From NCBI GenBank assembly GCA_951406725.2, contig OX597831.1:60636001-60700000 (forward strand): a stretch of DNA of 64,000 nucleotides, given 5' to 3'. The stretch's first letter is position 1. Each line of letters begins with the position of its first letter. Shown here in pieces: positions 1-13,478 of the stretch. The notes beneath the pieces are model-generated. The model worked only from the letters and a program-made list of their open reading frames with translations. It ran no database searches and was not told where the DNA came from. Source of the DNA: Octopus vulgaris. Taxonomy: Eukaryota. A program made the translations under genes and the position numbers.

Positions 1-1019
1 CTTCAGAAGTCATACGACCTATTGCTTTGAAAGGATCAACACAAAATGTGTTTATATTGTGTAGTGCTTTTGAAGTTATTCTCGACTTAAAGTTTGAAAT
101 ACTTGTAATTTACATCTTTGTCTCATTAGTGAATTGCCTTTTACCGAAGTGATAATATAACTATAGAACAGCAAATAACTTGTCTGTGTCAATTATGGTC
201 TCACCTAACAATTACATTCAATTTCTCTTCTGTGTATTTAAGAACGAGACAATAATAATAACAATTTGTATTACAGGGGTATCTTTCCTTCTACGCTGGG
301 AGCAGAGGCAGGCAGAATTGCAATTTGAGTATTACCGGTAAGTTGATACTCATTTGCATATTTCAGTGGATGGACGCATTTCGAGTTTAAATACAGAAAC
401 AGAACCAAGTCCCGGAATATAGTGAAATTTAGAGGAATAAACCTTGTAGAACAACATGACTTACAAATTATCTACCAGCAATTAAGGAATCCAGCTGACG
501 TAGCCGAAACTGCATAAAGAGACGCAGACGAGAAGTTGAATATTATTTGTAGTTTCATCAAGAAAACGGTGGGCAGACATGATGCCCCTGTTTCCAGAAT
601 CATCGTAATAAAAATGCTGGATCTTTTTTTATAAATGAGGCGTCCATATATTCTAATGTGTTTCAGCAAAAGTTGGAATAGAATATTTCCTGTTTGATTT
701 CGTTCCTGTAATGTTATGTTTGGCAAAACAAACACATCGCTGATGAACCCCTCCCCCCAGATAATGTTTTTTGCGAATAATTATGCCTTCTGTATTTAAG
801 ATTATAAAGAATTGTAGAGTGGGTGGTGAGAGACGTATGCGTGAAAGTTTGTAAGAAAACTGAAGGGAAAAATATAAAACAACTATTTCACATTGGAAGA
901 ATATATAGCAAAGCAAAATGCACAAACACTCACATACATGTATACATGGATATGCATAAATATACATACACCTCTCACTCTTTCTTTCTCTCTCTCTCTC
1001 GCTCTTTCCTTCTGCATCT

Positions 1020-1130
1020 AGCAGCTCACCTGCGACGGACTGACCTCCCGTTCAACTGGGGAGCCTATACGCAATTGGTCCCGGGAAACTGGCCCTTATG
1101 AGCCAGGCATGGATGGAGTAGGAACAAGCA
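1020..1130 (+). mobile_element. SINE fragment (central/3' part)
   Basis: GC-richer island 'cctgcgacggactgacctcccgttc...gggaaactggcccttatgagcc' between (CT)n and (ATGT)n tracts. Resembles the 'ctgcgatggactggcgtcccgtccaggg' central domain of metazoan SINEs (from recall). Confidence 0.45.
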
Positions 1131-1596
1131 ATGAATATGTCTGTCTGTATGTATGTATGTATGTCTGTATGTATGTATATATCAATGTATGTAGAAGGTT
1201 GAAAAGTCAGACATGAATTGATATGTATAAAGAAAATAAGACATGGTAGAAATGCTAAATTAATTTCATCGTGAAACCCTTTTTGTACAGGTTAGTACCG
1301 GTTTCAGACCTTTGGAATTTTTCAACAAAGAGTAAAACAGGAAATTAAATGGAGAAAAAAGTAAACGAAATTTTTTTGTAAATATTTCCATATTCTTCAA
1401 AAAGGTAGTACGTTTTCCTTTCTCTCTCGCTCTCTCTGTCTCTCTCTCCCTCTCCCTCTCTGTCTCTATCTTCCTTCGTGAAGGCTCAGTTTGCAGCAGC
1501 AGATCTAAAAAAATAGTGTTTATGGGTACAGCGCGATGTTCGGTTCTAAAGTTTGATGGCTTAAGCAATGGCAGCTGAGGAAGCTCAGGAAGTGCT

Positions 1597-1713
1597 CTAG
1601 TTCAGATGTTTCCTTTTAATACACACGTAAAATTTACTGGTGATGCTCGCAATGTAGGATGTCCCACATTTACCGCAGGCTGTTTCGCCTTGCACGTAGA
1701 CACTCGAGCATGT
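1597..1713 (-). pseudogene. Decayed Penelope-like GIY-YIG endonuclease fragment
   Basis: Manual minus-strand translation gives TCSSVYVQGETACGKCGTSYIASITSKFYVCIKRKHLN*, matching the PLE pattern C-x2-C-x3-YIG-x-T-...-R-x3-H. Confidence 0.6.
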
Positions 1714-1889
1714 TTAGATGTCGTTGAAGGGGCAATTGGTTAGTGTACACCCCACGATGTAATCGGTAGTATTATTCCTTGAAAGTAATTTCCTCGGGGA
1801 GTGTAGACAGGTTTGCACCATTTCTATATTGAGTCCCTCTCTGCGATCGCATGTAGTATACCTCCTCTCTGATTTGATTTGGAAACCAA

Positions 1890-3140
1890 GCATATATCTC
1901 CTATACCATCAATGACCTCATCTCGTCCTCCCGTCTCCCCCACACCGCCTCCAGCCTCATTGTCCGAACCTCCCGCACCCTCCTCAAAATCCATAAACCC
2001 AACAACCCTGGCCGCCCCATCGTCTCCCCCTGTAACTGTCCCACCGAGCTTCTCTCCAAATACCCCGACCGTGTCCTTGCCCCCTTAGTGGCTTCTCTCC
2101 CTTCTCACATCCACGACACCAACCATGCTCTTCGTCTATTCAACTCTTTCTCCTTCCCTCCTGGCCCCTCTAAACTTCTCTTTACTCTGGACATCCAGAG
2201 CCTCTACACTGTGATCCCTCACCACGAGGGGCTGCGTGCACTGAAACACTTCCTGGACCTCCGACCCAATCCCCAACCCAACACCTACACACTCGTTCGT
2301 CTGGCCGAACTTGTCCTCTCACTCAACTGCTTCTCGTTCACGGGCGATTTCTACCAGCAGGGCTCGGGAGTGGCAATGGAAACGAGAAAGGTTTCCAACT
2401 ATGCGAACCTGTTCGTTGGCTATATTGAGGCCCAAATATTCTCTAATTTCACTTATCCCACTCCCGAACTATATGGCCGTTATATTGACGACTGTATCGG
2501 TACCACATCACTCTCCCGCGAACATCTAGACTTCTTCCTCTCTTTTGTCAAATCTTTCCATTCTGCCCTCCACTTCTCCTGCACTATCTCTGACACCTCT
2601 GTTTGCTTTCTTGACATTTCGGTCAGCATTCATCACTCCACTCTTACAAACACACAGACTCACACTCATACCTCAACTTCTCCTCCTCCCAACCCAAACA
2701 CACCAAGCTTTCCATCCCCTATTCCCAATTCCTCCGTCTACGCAGGCTCTGTAGTGACAACCATGACTTTGAGACTCAGTCTCAACTCATGGTTCGCCAC
2801 TTCATCCTAAGTGGATATCCTCTCACCACTATCCACACCGCCCTTGCCAGAGCACGTTCCGTGGACCGTGCATCTGCTCTCTCCTCCCATACCCGCCATG
2901 CAGTCTCTGGCCTCCCTTCTCCTCTAACCTACCACCCCACCATCCTACCTCTCCAACGCACCATTCTTCGAGTCCAACTAGGCCTTCCGCGACACCCATA
3001 AAGCCGGGAACTTTTCAGCACACACTTGTGCACATAGTCTATATTCTGCCACACTATACAGTAATTACTACTGATGAGTATGTAATTTTTAAACGAAAGT
3101 AGTCCAGTAGAGCGATCCCACTTGCATTGTGACATTAATC
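1890..3140 (+). mobile_element. Penelope-like retroelement remnant: RT domain, frameshifted and internally deleted, with 3' hammerhead remnant
   Basis: ORF 2088-2810 contains LFTLDIQSLYTVIPH, YQQGSGVAME..SNYANLFVG, YGRYIDDCIG and FLDISV (PLE-type RT motifs). Frame 2789-3001 continues into the thumb/linker. A degenerate hammerhead follows at 3065-3110. Confidence 0.9.
3065..3110 (+). ncRNA. Degenerate minimal type-I hammerhead ribozyme in PLE 3' repeat
   Basis: ttacta-CTGATGA-gtatgtaatttttaaac-GAAA-gtag-TC-cagtag; stem I pairs with one mismatch. Confidence 0.6.
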
Positions 3141-3324
3141 TCCCCTCTCAGTATATGAAAATGCACTTCTTTGCGGCTCTAAGGGTTTTTCTTGAACTTT
3201 CATTTCAAGCAATGTAGATGCTACCCTGCATCCTAAGTCACAATTAGTGACAATTGTTTTTTTTCCTGCTTGGTTTCGTTTTGCATATAGCGGCCTTTGT
3301 TATTTTATACACAAGTTATATACT

Positions 3325-3650
3325 TTTCTACGCTAGGCACAAGGCCCCAAGTTTGGGGGAATAGTACGCAGCTGTTAATTAAATTATCAACCCTGAAAGG
3401 ATGGAAGGCAAAGTCGACCTCGGCGAAATTTGAACTCAGAATGTAAATATAGACGAAACACCCATTTCCTTATTAGCCACAAGGAGCTAAACACAGAGAG
3501 GGCAAACAAGGACAGACAAACGGATTAAGTCGATTATGTCGATCCCAGTGCGTAACTTTTTTAATCGACCCTGAAAGGATGAAAGGCAAAGTCGACCTCG
3601 GCGGAATTTGAAATCAGAAACGTAGCGGCAGACGAAATACCGCTAAGTGC
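3325..3650 (-). mobile_element. Two joined copies of tRNA-derived SINE family A
   Basis: Reverse complement of 'gagttcaaattccgccgaggtcgactttgcctttcatcctttc..gtcga' occurs twice; homologous to 60446-60680. Confidence 0.85.
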
Positions 3651-3760
3651 CAGGCTTAAGAAAAAAAATAACTACAGTCGATTTATTCGACTAGAAAATT
3701 CTTCTAGGGTGTTGACCCAACATAGCCGCAGTCAGATGCCTGAAACGAATAAAAGGAAAG
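3650..3760 (+). mobile_element. 3' tail fragment of SINE family B
   Basis: 'caacatagccgcagtcagatgcctgaaacgaataaaagg' matches the reverse complement of 57063-57110. Confidence 0.6.
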
Positions 3761-3839
3761 AATATGCTTATATACAAGTGTACGTGTGTATGTGTGTCTG
3801 TGTTTTTACGTATATATATCGCCATGATATATCGTTAGC

Positions 3840-4003
3840 CACTACACACATTTTTTTCTCTCCTTGTTTCTTTCTGTGTCCCTTTCTGTAGAAGAGCGTA
3901 GGCTTGAAACGTAAAAGACTTTTTCTATTCCTGAGCGTTATACATCTGTTTGTTTTGTACACCACCCGTCTTCGTCATTTGTTTTTATCGTAAACTCTCT
4001 CCA
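3840..4003 (+). mobile_element. Short non-autonomous hammerhead-like repeat; second copy at 20007-20172
   Basis: Closely similar to 20007-20172. Contains cttt-CTGTAGA-agagc-gtag-gctt-GAAA-cg-TA-aaag and ends in (TA)n. Confidence 0.75.
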
Positions 4004-5511
4004 TATATGTATATATATATATATATATATATAATGTTTTCCGATGTGAGTGAAATTTTATCAGCATTTTAATACGGCGTTTCGGAAACTTCATTTTCAG
4101 TTACTTGTGTGTTGAATTCCTCCCTTGAGTGAAATCTGTCTTCGTTGCATACGCTTTATGATTTAACTCGTCGTTCTATTTAGAAACCGACTTTATCTTC
4201 TAGCTTTATATATTATTTTCTATTTTCTTTTTTTAGTAGAAAACCAAAGAATTCACAAAAATAATACAACGTAAGTTATTAATTTTCAGTTTTCAAAATA
4301 AACAGAATTCCAACATCAAATGCGATGATGATTTTTATCAAAACTTTACTTACGTGGCATATCTTAGACAAAATTATGTTTTGTAGAATAATGTTACTTT
4401 TTTGCCACTAATTAATGGTCTTTGAAGTTAAATTAGAATATGTTTGCCAGTCAAACGGAATCAATTAGTAATTTATTTACCTTCGATTGAAATGTTGTAT
4501 TGACGTTCGAATTTACGATAGTAGGTAATCAATATTAACTTACAATCGTCATATATACAAATATGCATTCATATATATAAGTACACACATATGAGGCTGC
4601 GTATCATTGTATGAATGCACGTATACTTGCATGAGCACACTTCTCTTATACAATGTGTATTTATATTTTAAGTTGAAATAAAACACCGTATTATAGAGGT
4701 AAGGAAGTTAGTGAAGCGTATACAATACCTTTTCTGGTTACTTACATTTATATGTGTATGTGTGCAATGATAAGTATATATATATGTAATTATAAAAATA
4801 TAATTATAATAAGGGCTACCAGACATGACCGGCGTCCTTGCTAGAAGTAAGCATCAAATGCATACAATCTACTCCAAAAGGGAATGAGCAAGAAAACATA
4901 CAAGATTATGGATAATTCTTTACTTCGAGATTTTACGCTCTGCGAAACATTGCTCGGCAGTCTTCAGTAGAAATATACCAATTAATATATAAATGAGAAA
5001 TATACGTACCCACCGATAAATTCATCCACAGATACCAGTGTATACGCGCGTTTTCAGCGTGGACACCTCATCTTCCAACCCATTTCGACAATGCAGTTGA
5101 TGTGAGAATACACAGGGGTAAATGTATTCTCGCACTATAATATTCTGACTAAAGAACTCGAAAATTATTTATATACTTATAAGATAAGGATATAATCATA
5201 AAATTTAAGAAATGATTGTCATTGGACTGCACATAAATATGACTGTATAGGTAACATTAATTATTTTACGTATACAATTATAAAATTAAGAAATATTGAG
5301 TTTCTAAATCTCTCGTAGAGAGGTGTACGGTGGTGGAGCGATATAATGGTTGTATACTGTCAATCTAACAAGAACGTGACAGTAGGGGGTACACCACCGT
5401 TATATAGCCCTAGGAGGCATCGAACGCCTCCTGACAGCTCGACACATTTTATCCTGTGTCCTTATATACACATACGAAGGGAGACAAACACCCCCAACTG
5501 CCGGAACTGCA

Positions 5512-5557
5512 TCTAGGGACACCGTGTTTCAGGATCATTGTCCTTCATCGGCCTAGA
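5512..5557 (-). ncRNA. Minimal type-I hammerhead ribozyme (CCGAUGA core variant)
   Basis: Reverse complement reads tctagg-CCGATGA-agga-caatga-tcct-GAAA-cac-g-gtg-TC-cctaga; all three stems pair. Confidence 0.8.
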
Positions 5558-5885
5558 GTAGCAGACACCGGTCAGCTGGCGATGTCTGTCTCGACTTCGT
5601 ATCTTTATATATCTATAGTCAGTGAAGTCTATTCACTGATTATCAAAATAAGAAATATTGAGTTTCTAAATCTCTCGTAGAGAGGTGTACGGTGGTGGAG
5701 CGATATAATGGTTGTATACTGTCAATCTAACAAGAACGTGACAGTAGAGAGATTTAGAAACTCTACGAGAGATTTAGAAACTCAATATTTCTTATTTTGA
5801 TAATCAGTGAATAGACTTCACTGACTATAGATATATACAGATACGAAGTCGAGACAGACATCGCCAGCTGACCGGTGTCTGCTAC

Positions 5886-5931
5886 TCTAGGCCGATGAAG
5901 GACAATGATCCTGAAACACGGTGTCCCTAGA
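5886..5931 (+). ncRNA. Minimal type-I hammerhead ribozyme (CCGAUGA core variant)
   Basis: tctagg-CCGATGA-agga-caatga-tcct-GAAA-cac-g-gtg-TC-cctaga. Confidence 0.8.
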
Positions 5932-6414
5932 TGCAGTTCCGGCAGCTGGGGGTGTTTGTCTCCCCTTCGTATGTGTATATAAGGACACAGGATAAAATGT
6001 GTCGAGCTGTCAGGAGGCGTTCGATGCCTCCTAGGGCTATATAACGGTGGTGTACCCCCTACTGTCACGTTCTTGTTAGATTGACAGTATACAACCATTA
6101 TAATTATAAAATTATAAGTATAATAAGAGCTAACGGACATGACCGGCACATTTACTAGAGGTAGCTGTCAAATACCTACAATCCACTGTAACAGTAGTTC
6201 TCTAAAATCAACGGCAGGTATGATCGTATGGGAATATACATATATATATATATATATACATATTTGATATTATGTATAAATATATATGTGCGTATACACA
6301 CGTCTTTTTCTCTCTCCACACACACACATACATACACACACACATATATATATATATATCGTATATATCGTATATATCGTAAAGTATATTTTCCACCTAA
6401 AAGAGGCGGACCAA

Positions 6415-6960
6415 TAGAGGACGATGCTACTGCCTTCTATAGCCCTAGGAAAACATCTCCTACAGCTGGCTAACGACACGCTGTATGTGTCCGATCAGTA
6501 TTTGCGAATAAAATCATCGTTTCCATCTCTAGCCTTACGTGATACATACACAGTGTGTGATAATGATAAGATAGCGATGAGAACTCATTTGAAACGTAGA
6601 ATAGTTTTCCCAGTGACAAATTGTTGCTGATCTCAAAAAAGTAGAAACTAGCAATAATAAATCTCTGAGCGAGAAGTAACCAGTAATAGTACGGAATCGT
6701 GAAGTATATTTACCAATTAAATGTGGCGGACACATAGGGGACGGTGCTACTGTTGTTTATAACCTCAAGATGATATCTTCTCCAGTTGCCTAACGGCACA
6801 CTATTTGTGCCCGATTAGCATTTACGTCGAGAAATCAAATTTCCCATCTCTAGCGTTACGTTATGCACACAAACCCGGTTTTCTGGGTAGTAACTCGTCA
6901 TCAGTGTATGATAATCACCAGCTAGTGATGAGGACACATTCCAAACGCAAAATAATCTGT
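6415..6960 (-). repeat. Diverged tandem pair of a ~200-bp repeat; second unit has a degenerate hammerhead (6861-6914)
   Basis: 6415-6620 resembles 6738-6960 ('ggacg.tgctactg...tctcc..cag.tg.ctaacg.cac.ct'). Reverse complement of 6861-6914 is ataca-CTGATGA-...-GAAA-accggg-TT-tgtgt. Confidence 0.6.
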
Positions 6961-7127
6961 ATCACGTAAGACTAGAGATATGAACTATGGTTTCCAACTT
7001 GACAGATATGGCGCACTGGTGAAGCTTTGAATTGAGGACGATTGTCTATATATGTATACGCAAGCACATCACACACACACGCGTACTTACAGATACACAC
7101 AAGCGCACATACACATAGAAACATACA

Positions 7128-7161
<34 letters not shown>

Positions 7162-7789
7162 CATGTACACACATACATACGTACATACATACATACGTTC
7201 ATACATACGTACGTACATATATACATACATACTTTTAAACCTGGCTTCTAGCTACTGTTGTAACCTAGATAACGTATACAAGATAAAGGAGGGTGAGTGG
7301 AATCAATGTTTGCGTATACACTGCTTTTCGTAGGGAATGGAAGCGAGCAGAGAGTACAACCCATAGCTTTCTTTTGTTCTAGGTGAATGTTGTTGAATTT
7401 GAGTGTCAAAGGTAATTAATATATATGTAAATAATATTTTATATTCATAAATCTTCGGATAGACCTACAAGTCCAAGATGTATTTCAGAATGCTACTTTG
7501 GCATCGTGGAGAAGCGTAGAGGGTGGTCGGTCGTGGATAAATAATAGAAAACTCCAAGCCATGCGTATAGCCCGAATACATACAGCAAAGCAATTGCACC
7601 CAAAAATCCTGAGGGAAAGACAGTAGCTGCAAAGCATATGGCGAAATACGCTCACTATTCCAAAATATTGTGACATCTGCTCTCTATATAAAGCGATAGA
7701 AAATTGGAGAGAATTCGGTATGAATAGAAATATAGGAGAAAGAAAGACTACAAGGTTTATTGAAATGCTCAACAAACAAGTTGTACTAG

Positions 7790-8195
7790 AAAATCTTTTT
7801 TTATCTTTTGACTTATGTCTTTTACTTATTTCAGTCACTGGATAGGGGCAATGCTGGGGTACCACTTTCAATAATTTTTAGTCGGATAAATCGACCCTTC
7901 TTTTAAGCCAGTCACCTATTTCATCATTTCTTTTTCGCCGAACCATTATATTAGTGACGTAAACTCACAAACACCGATTTTCAAGCGGTAACAGAAGACA
8001 AAGGCACGAGCAAACAAACACACGCAAATATATATGACGGGCTCCTCTCCGTTTCTGTCTACCAACTCCACTCATAAGTCTTTGGTCGACCCGAGACTAT
8101 AGTAGAAGGCACCTGTCAGAGGTTCCATTCAGTAGTACTTAACCCCGACACATCTGATTGAGAACCAAGCTTCTTACTACACATCCAGGCATGCA
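7790..8195 (-). mobile_element. tRNA-derived SINE family B (CORE/MIR-like), diverged
   Basis: Homologous to 57063-57690 ('tctacc...ccactc.taa...ttggtcg.ccgag.ctatagtagaag.cac', 'aagcttcttac.acaca'). Confidence 0.75.
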
Positions 8196-9292
8196 TCTAT
8201 TCAACGATTTCGCCTACACCGAAATTGAGCCTATCAAGAATACATTTAATCTAAAATCTGTAGTGTGTATGGAATATGACAGCGCCATTGTGTTTTACGT
8301 GTGACCAGGTATACACCCCTTCTTAGAAATTTATATTTAAGTGTAAACAGCTTACAATGAGAGATTGTGAATCGCGACAAGGAAGTCGGAACTGAGTATG
8401 TCAGGTTAAGTCAGTCAAGTATATTCATTTTCATTGCACATTTTCAGAATATTAACCTATACATAATTATATTAACTGTTCAGATATGTAGTGCCTTAAA
8501 CACACAGACTTTGTATATGACAACTTCAGGTTTATAACTTAATTATTGGTGTCAGTGAAAATTTATAAGTGCCATTCATAGCATGAATAAAGTAGTTCAT
8601 TGCACGATAGTGCGATATATTCTAAATAGCTAATCTGAAAATATTTTTTCTATAATCATTGAAAATGGTTAAACTAAAATATACCTGGTTGTGTAAAATT
8701 CATTCCATAAGGTAATATTTCTACACAAATATATGTACAAATAAATACTATCTTACAAAATAGATATCTTCGTTCGTTCTTGCACCTGGTTTAAGACGCT
8801 GACAATAGTCATAGAGTGAAAGCTTTTAACGGGTATATGAAAATGTTTAACATGTATAACGAAGGCACAATTCAGCGTTGTATTTTGTAAATAGGTGCTA
8901 ATGCAAAAGTTGTATTAGATTTTCTGATCGTTTATCTGCACCTGTATTATTCTATCTCTGTTAAGATATCATGAACTGTTATTTAGAATCTCACTTAAAC
9001 GAACAAGAGAAGAAGAAAATTGAATTTCTGGAACAAAACGATGGTTTATCAATGTTTGCAGTGATAATTAGTTGGAGTAACGTTTACAGTGTCAGGTAAG
9101 ACGTTATTCAGTGTTTATTCTGTACTTTTACTACCTTGCAAAAATACATGGAACGACATAGATTCCAAGTTGCAATTCAACAATTCAGTAGGTTTTGACT
9201 TGCATATGAAAAGTTGAGGTCTGAGGGAGATTTGGAAACGTTTCCAAAATTAATTTTGTATGGTTCAATTTCATGGATGCATATACCCCTTA

Positions 9293-9830
<538 letters not shown>

Positions 9831-10725
9831 ATGTGTGAGTTTGTGTGTATACTTGTAAGCTCTGTAAATCATTATAAGAATTAATCTTCATATTTAAATT
9901 CCCTTGTTTTATTATTATTTTTTTTTTCAATTAATTGCAAAAGTATGAGAATATGTTATCAGCGGGATATAATTTCCGATCAGCATGAAGAAGCTGAAAA
10001 TTGATGAAAAAAATTACAAAAAACAACATAATTATTAATATTAATGCTGATGACTGTGATGATGATGAGGATGAAACAAAATGCATGTCTCTTTAGAATG
10101 ATAGCATAGTACGATTATATAAGGATGATGACTACTACTACTGCTGCTACTACTACTACTGCTGCTACTACTACTACTGCTACTACTACAACTACTACTA
10201 CGAGGGAACAACGATGGTAATGATGGTTATAATCATGATATCGTTAATGATAATCATTTGACGGGACATTCGAATGCCTTCAATCTTCAGTCAAGAACTG
10301 TATCCTCCTCGCAATTTCGGCTGATTAATCTTAGATTCTTTCATGTAAACATAGAGGAAATTAATTTGATTCTATTGAAAATATAATTTTGTTCAGATAT
10401 ACTCTATACCCAAATATTTTCATCAACTTACAATGTCTTCTGAATTTTTCTTCATCTCTCCCTATGATTGTATATGTGTGTATGTATATCCGCGCGCGTG
10501 TATAGCTGCGTATTTGGTGTATGTGTTTGTATTGTGTACGTATTTGTGTGTATGTACCATAGAATATCTATTTTCAATCGCTAATTTTCTTTATGAATTG
10601 TCATTTACTAATAAGTACAGTTTCCAACTCGATCTTCAAAGCCGTCGCTTCTGCCATCACTGTCATCATTATTATCCAGAAATTATCATCGGTAAAATTA
10701 TCAGTATTATCAAAGCTATCAACAT

Positions 10726-10803
<78 letters not shown>

Positions 10804-11346
10804 ACGTTATCATTTCGATCAACGTCAACGCTATTATCTTTAAAACTGTCTTCGTATTCATGATCGATAGAAATATTATCATAATCATAGAGAAGTGACA
10901 ACAGCGACGATCATGATAATGTTGATTAACATGTGATGATGATAGTGGTGGTGTTGTTGGTGTTATTGTTGTTGGTGCTGGTGGTGGTTGTGTTTGCAAC
11001 ACTCTCTAGCGAAAACATCATCGTAATTATTATGACTGACTAAATTCACAATACCCTCTTTTCGTTCATGTCCGATATACGTATTATACAGGATTAGAGA
11101 CATATCCATTGCAACGAAAGCCGTTATTTCATAGCGGCCTCCTTGTTTACTCGTCTGAAATGACGCGGTTTTCATTTTCCCTTTTTATTTTCTGTTTAGC
11201 AATGCCAAAAGCTTGCTTTCCACCCATATGTTTTCGGGTTTATGTACATACCGTGCCAACTTGGGCTAGTGAATTATACGACAGTCGCTGGCACGTCTAT
11301 CTATACATTAATATTGAACTTCACTGAAACTGTCGCTTCTGCGAAA

Positions 11347-11382
<36 letters not shown>

Positions 11383-11383
<1 letters not shown>

Positions 11384-11999
11384 TTTATTTTAAGCAGCAG
11401 AAAAATTCAACAAAATCTGTTACTCTGAGTTTCTCGTTGCCGTTCATCAGACAGTTTTTGTTAGAATGGAACTTATATATTAATTCAATCTATACTCTTA
11501 CAAACGCTACACCTTTAAAAAGAAATGGACTTGTTTGATTGGCCCTTTAGAAAAAACGGTCAATCTTCGAGCGATAAACAAAAAGATCAAAAATATATGT
11601 ATATATATATAAAAAAACTTATAAAATTATAAAATCCGAGTTTTTTTATATATATAAGTTTTTTTATAATTTTTATAATTTTTATAATTTTTATAAGTTT
11701 TTTTATATATATATACATATATTTTTGACCTTTTTGTTTATCGCTCGAAGATTGACCGTTTTTTCTAAAGGGCCAATCAAACAAGTCCATTTCTTTTTAA
11801 AGGTGTAGCGTTTGTAAGAGTATAGATTGAATTAATATATAAGTTCCATTCTAGCAAAAACTGTCTGATGAACGTCAACGAGAAACTCAGAGTAACAGAT
11901 TTTGTTGAATTTTCTGCTGCTTAAAATAAAGCATATTACTCTACCACTGGTATTTGAGTACTCTTTTTTCCACCTTGTTTCACATATGTGTTTACCCCG

Positions 12000-12001
<2 letters not shown>
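11383..12001. mobile_element. Palindromic hammerhead-bearing element, copy 1 (inverted arms 11383-11630 and ~11680-11931, unique tail to 12001)
   Basis: The arms are reverse complements. Hammerhead-like motifs at 11412-11459 (-) and 11856-11903 (+). Flanked by (TA)n. Confidence 0.9.
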
Positions 12002-12054
<53 letters not shown>

Positions 12055-12056
12055 AA

Positions 12057-12102
<46 letters not shown>

Positions 12103-12103
12103 A

Positions 12104-12699
12104 TCAACAAAATCTGTCATCTCTGAGTTTCTCGTTGCCGTTCATCAGACAGTTTTTGCTAGAATGGAACTTATATATTAATTCAATCTATACTCTTACA
12201 AACGCTACACCTTTAAAAAGAAATGGACTTGTTTGATTGGCCCTTTAGAAAAAACGGTCAATCTTCGAGCGATAAACAAAAAGATCAAAATAAAAGTGTA
12301 TATATATATAAAAAAACTTATAAAATTATAAAATCCGAGTTTTTTTATATATATAAGTTTTTTGATAATTTTTATAATTTTTATAATTTTTATAAGTTTT
12401 TTTATATATATATACATATATTTTTGACCTTTTTGTTTATCGCTCGAAGATTGACCGTTTTTTCTAAAGGGCCAATCAAACAAGTCCATTTCTTTTAAAG
12501 GTGTAGCGTTTGTAAGAGTATAGATTGAATTAATATATAAGTTCCATTCTAGCAAAAACTGTCTGATGAACGGCAACGAGAAACTCAGAGTAACAGATTT
12601 TGTTGAATTTTCTGCTGCTTAAAATAAAGCATATTACTCTACCACTGGTATTTGAGTACTCTTTTTTCCACCTTGTTTCACATTTATGTGTTTACTCCG

Positions 12700-12701
<2 letters not shown>
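12104..12701. mobile_element. Palindromic hammerhead-bearing element, copy 2 (tandem duplicate of copy 1)
   Basis: Near-identical to 11407-12001. Motifs at 12109-12157 (-, cleavage site altered) and 12554-12601 (+): aaaaactgt-CTGATGA-acggcaacga-GAAA-ctc-a-gag-TA-acagatttt. Confidence 0.9.
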
Positions 12702-12750
<49 letters not shown>

Positions 12751-12766
12751 CATATATATACATAAA

Positions 12767-12818
<52 letters not shown>

Positions 12819-13357
12819 GCATATATATGCATGTATATGTGTGCGCGTACGCGCGTCTGTTTTTTTGTGTCTGTGTGTATGTATGTGTCTTTGCGCATAC
12901 AATTGTCTCTGAGAAACACTTGACATCTGGCATTCGTTTGCTCATGTTACCGTGACTTAGCCGTTGGGCAAAAGGGAGTAACAGTATAAGAACCAGGCGA
13001 AAAAAACATAAGTGCTGGGATCTGTTTCCTGGACTAAGGACTTGAGGGCGGTGATCCAGTATAGCCGCAGTCCAATAACTGCAAGATATAATCGATAACA
13101 TATCAAAATACATCTCCCTTCATTTTCGAACATTAAATTCCATATTCCTCTATGCTGTTTACATGATTTTCTACTTCCATCATTCTTCATAGAATAGTGG
13201 TTTGCAATCATAATTGCTACAGAGAAATAGTATGGAGACATGTATTAGATTAAACTAAGAAATCCAATACTGTGGTGCAACCCTTTATAGCACCTATTTT
13301 AGTGCATATAATCTTTGGGTCGTGAGTCCCGGATATGGAAACGGGTTCAATTTCCAA

Positions 13358-13478
<121 letters not shown>

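Larger units (their letters stand above)
5288..6102. mobile_element. Fold-back element: ~360-bp unit, partial tandem restart (5650-5747), then inverted copy (5763-6102)
   Basis: 5342-5680 is the near-perfect reverse complement of 5763-6102; ORFs 5456+ and 5763- share the same peptide. Each arm carries a hammerhead. Same family as 34150-34553. Confidence 0.9.

Noticed and set aside
1285-1335. Hammerhead 3' half (GAAA-ccgg-TA on minus), similarly at 24495-24540
   Set aside because: The CUGANGA half is not recognisable, so it was not counted as a ribozyme, although the position downstream of PLE remnants fits decay.
11383-12701. CRISPR-like or prokaryotic repeat array
   Set aside because: Repeats are long inverted arms without unique spacers; the context is eukaryotic and there are no cas-like ORFs.
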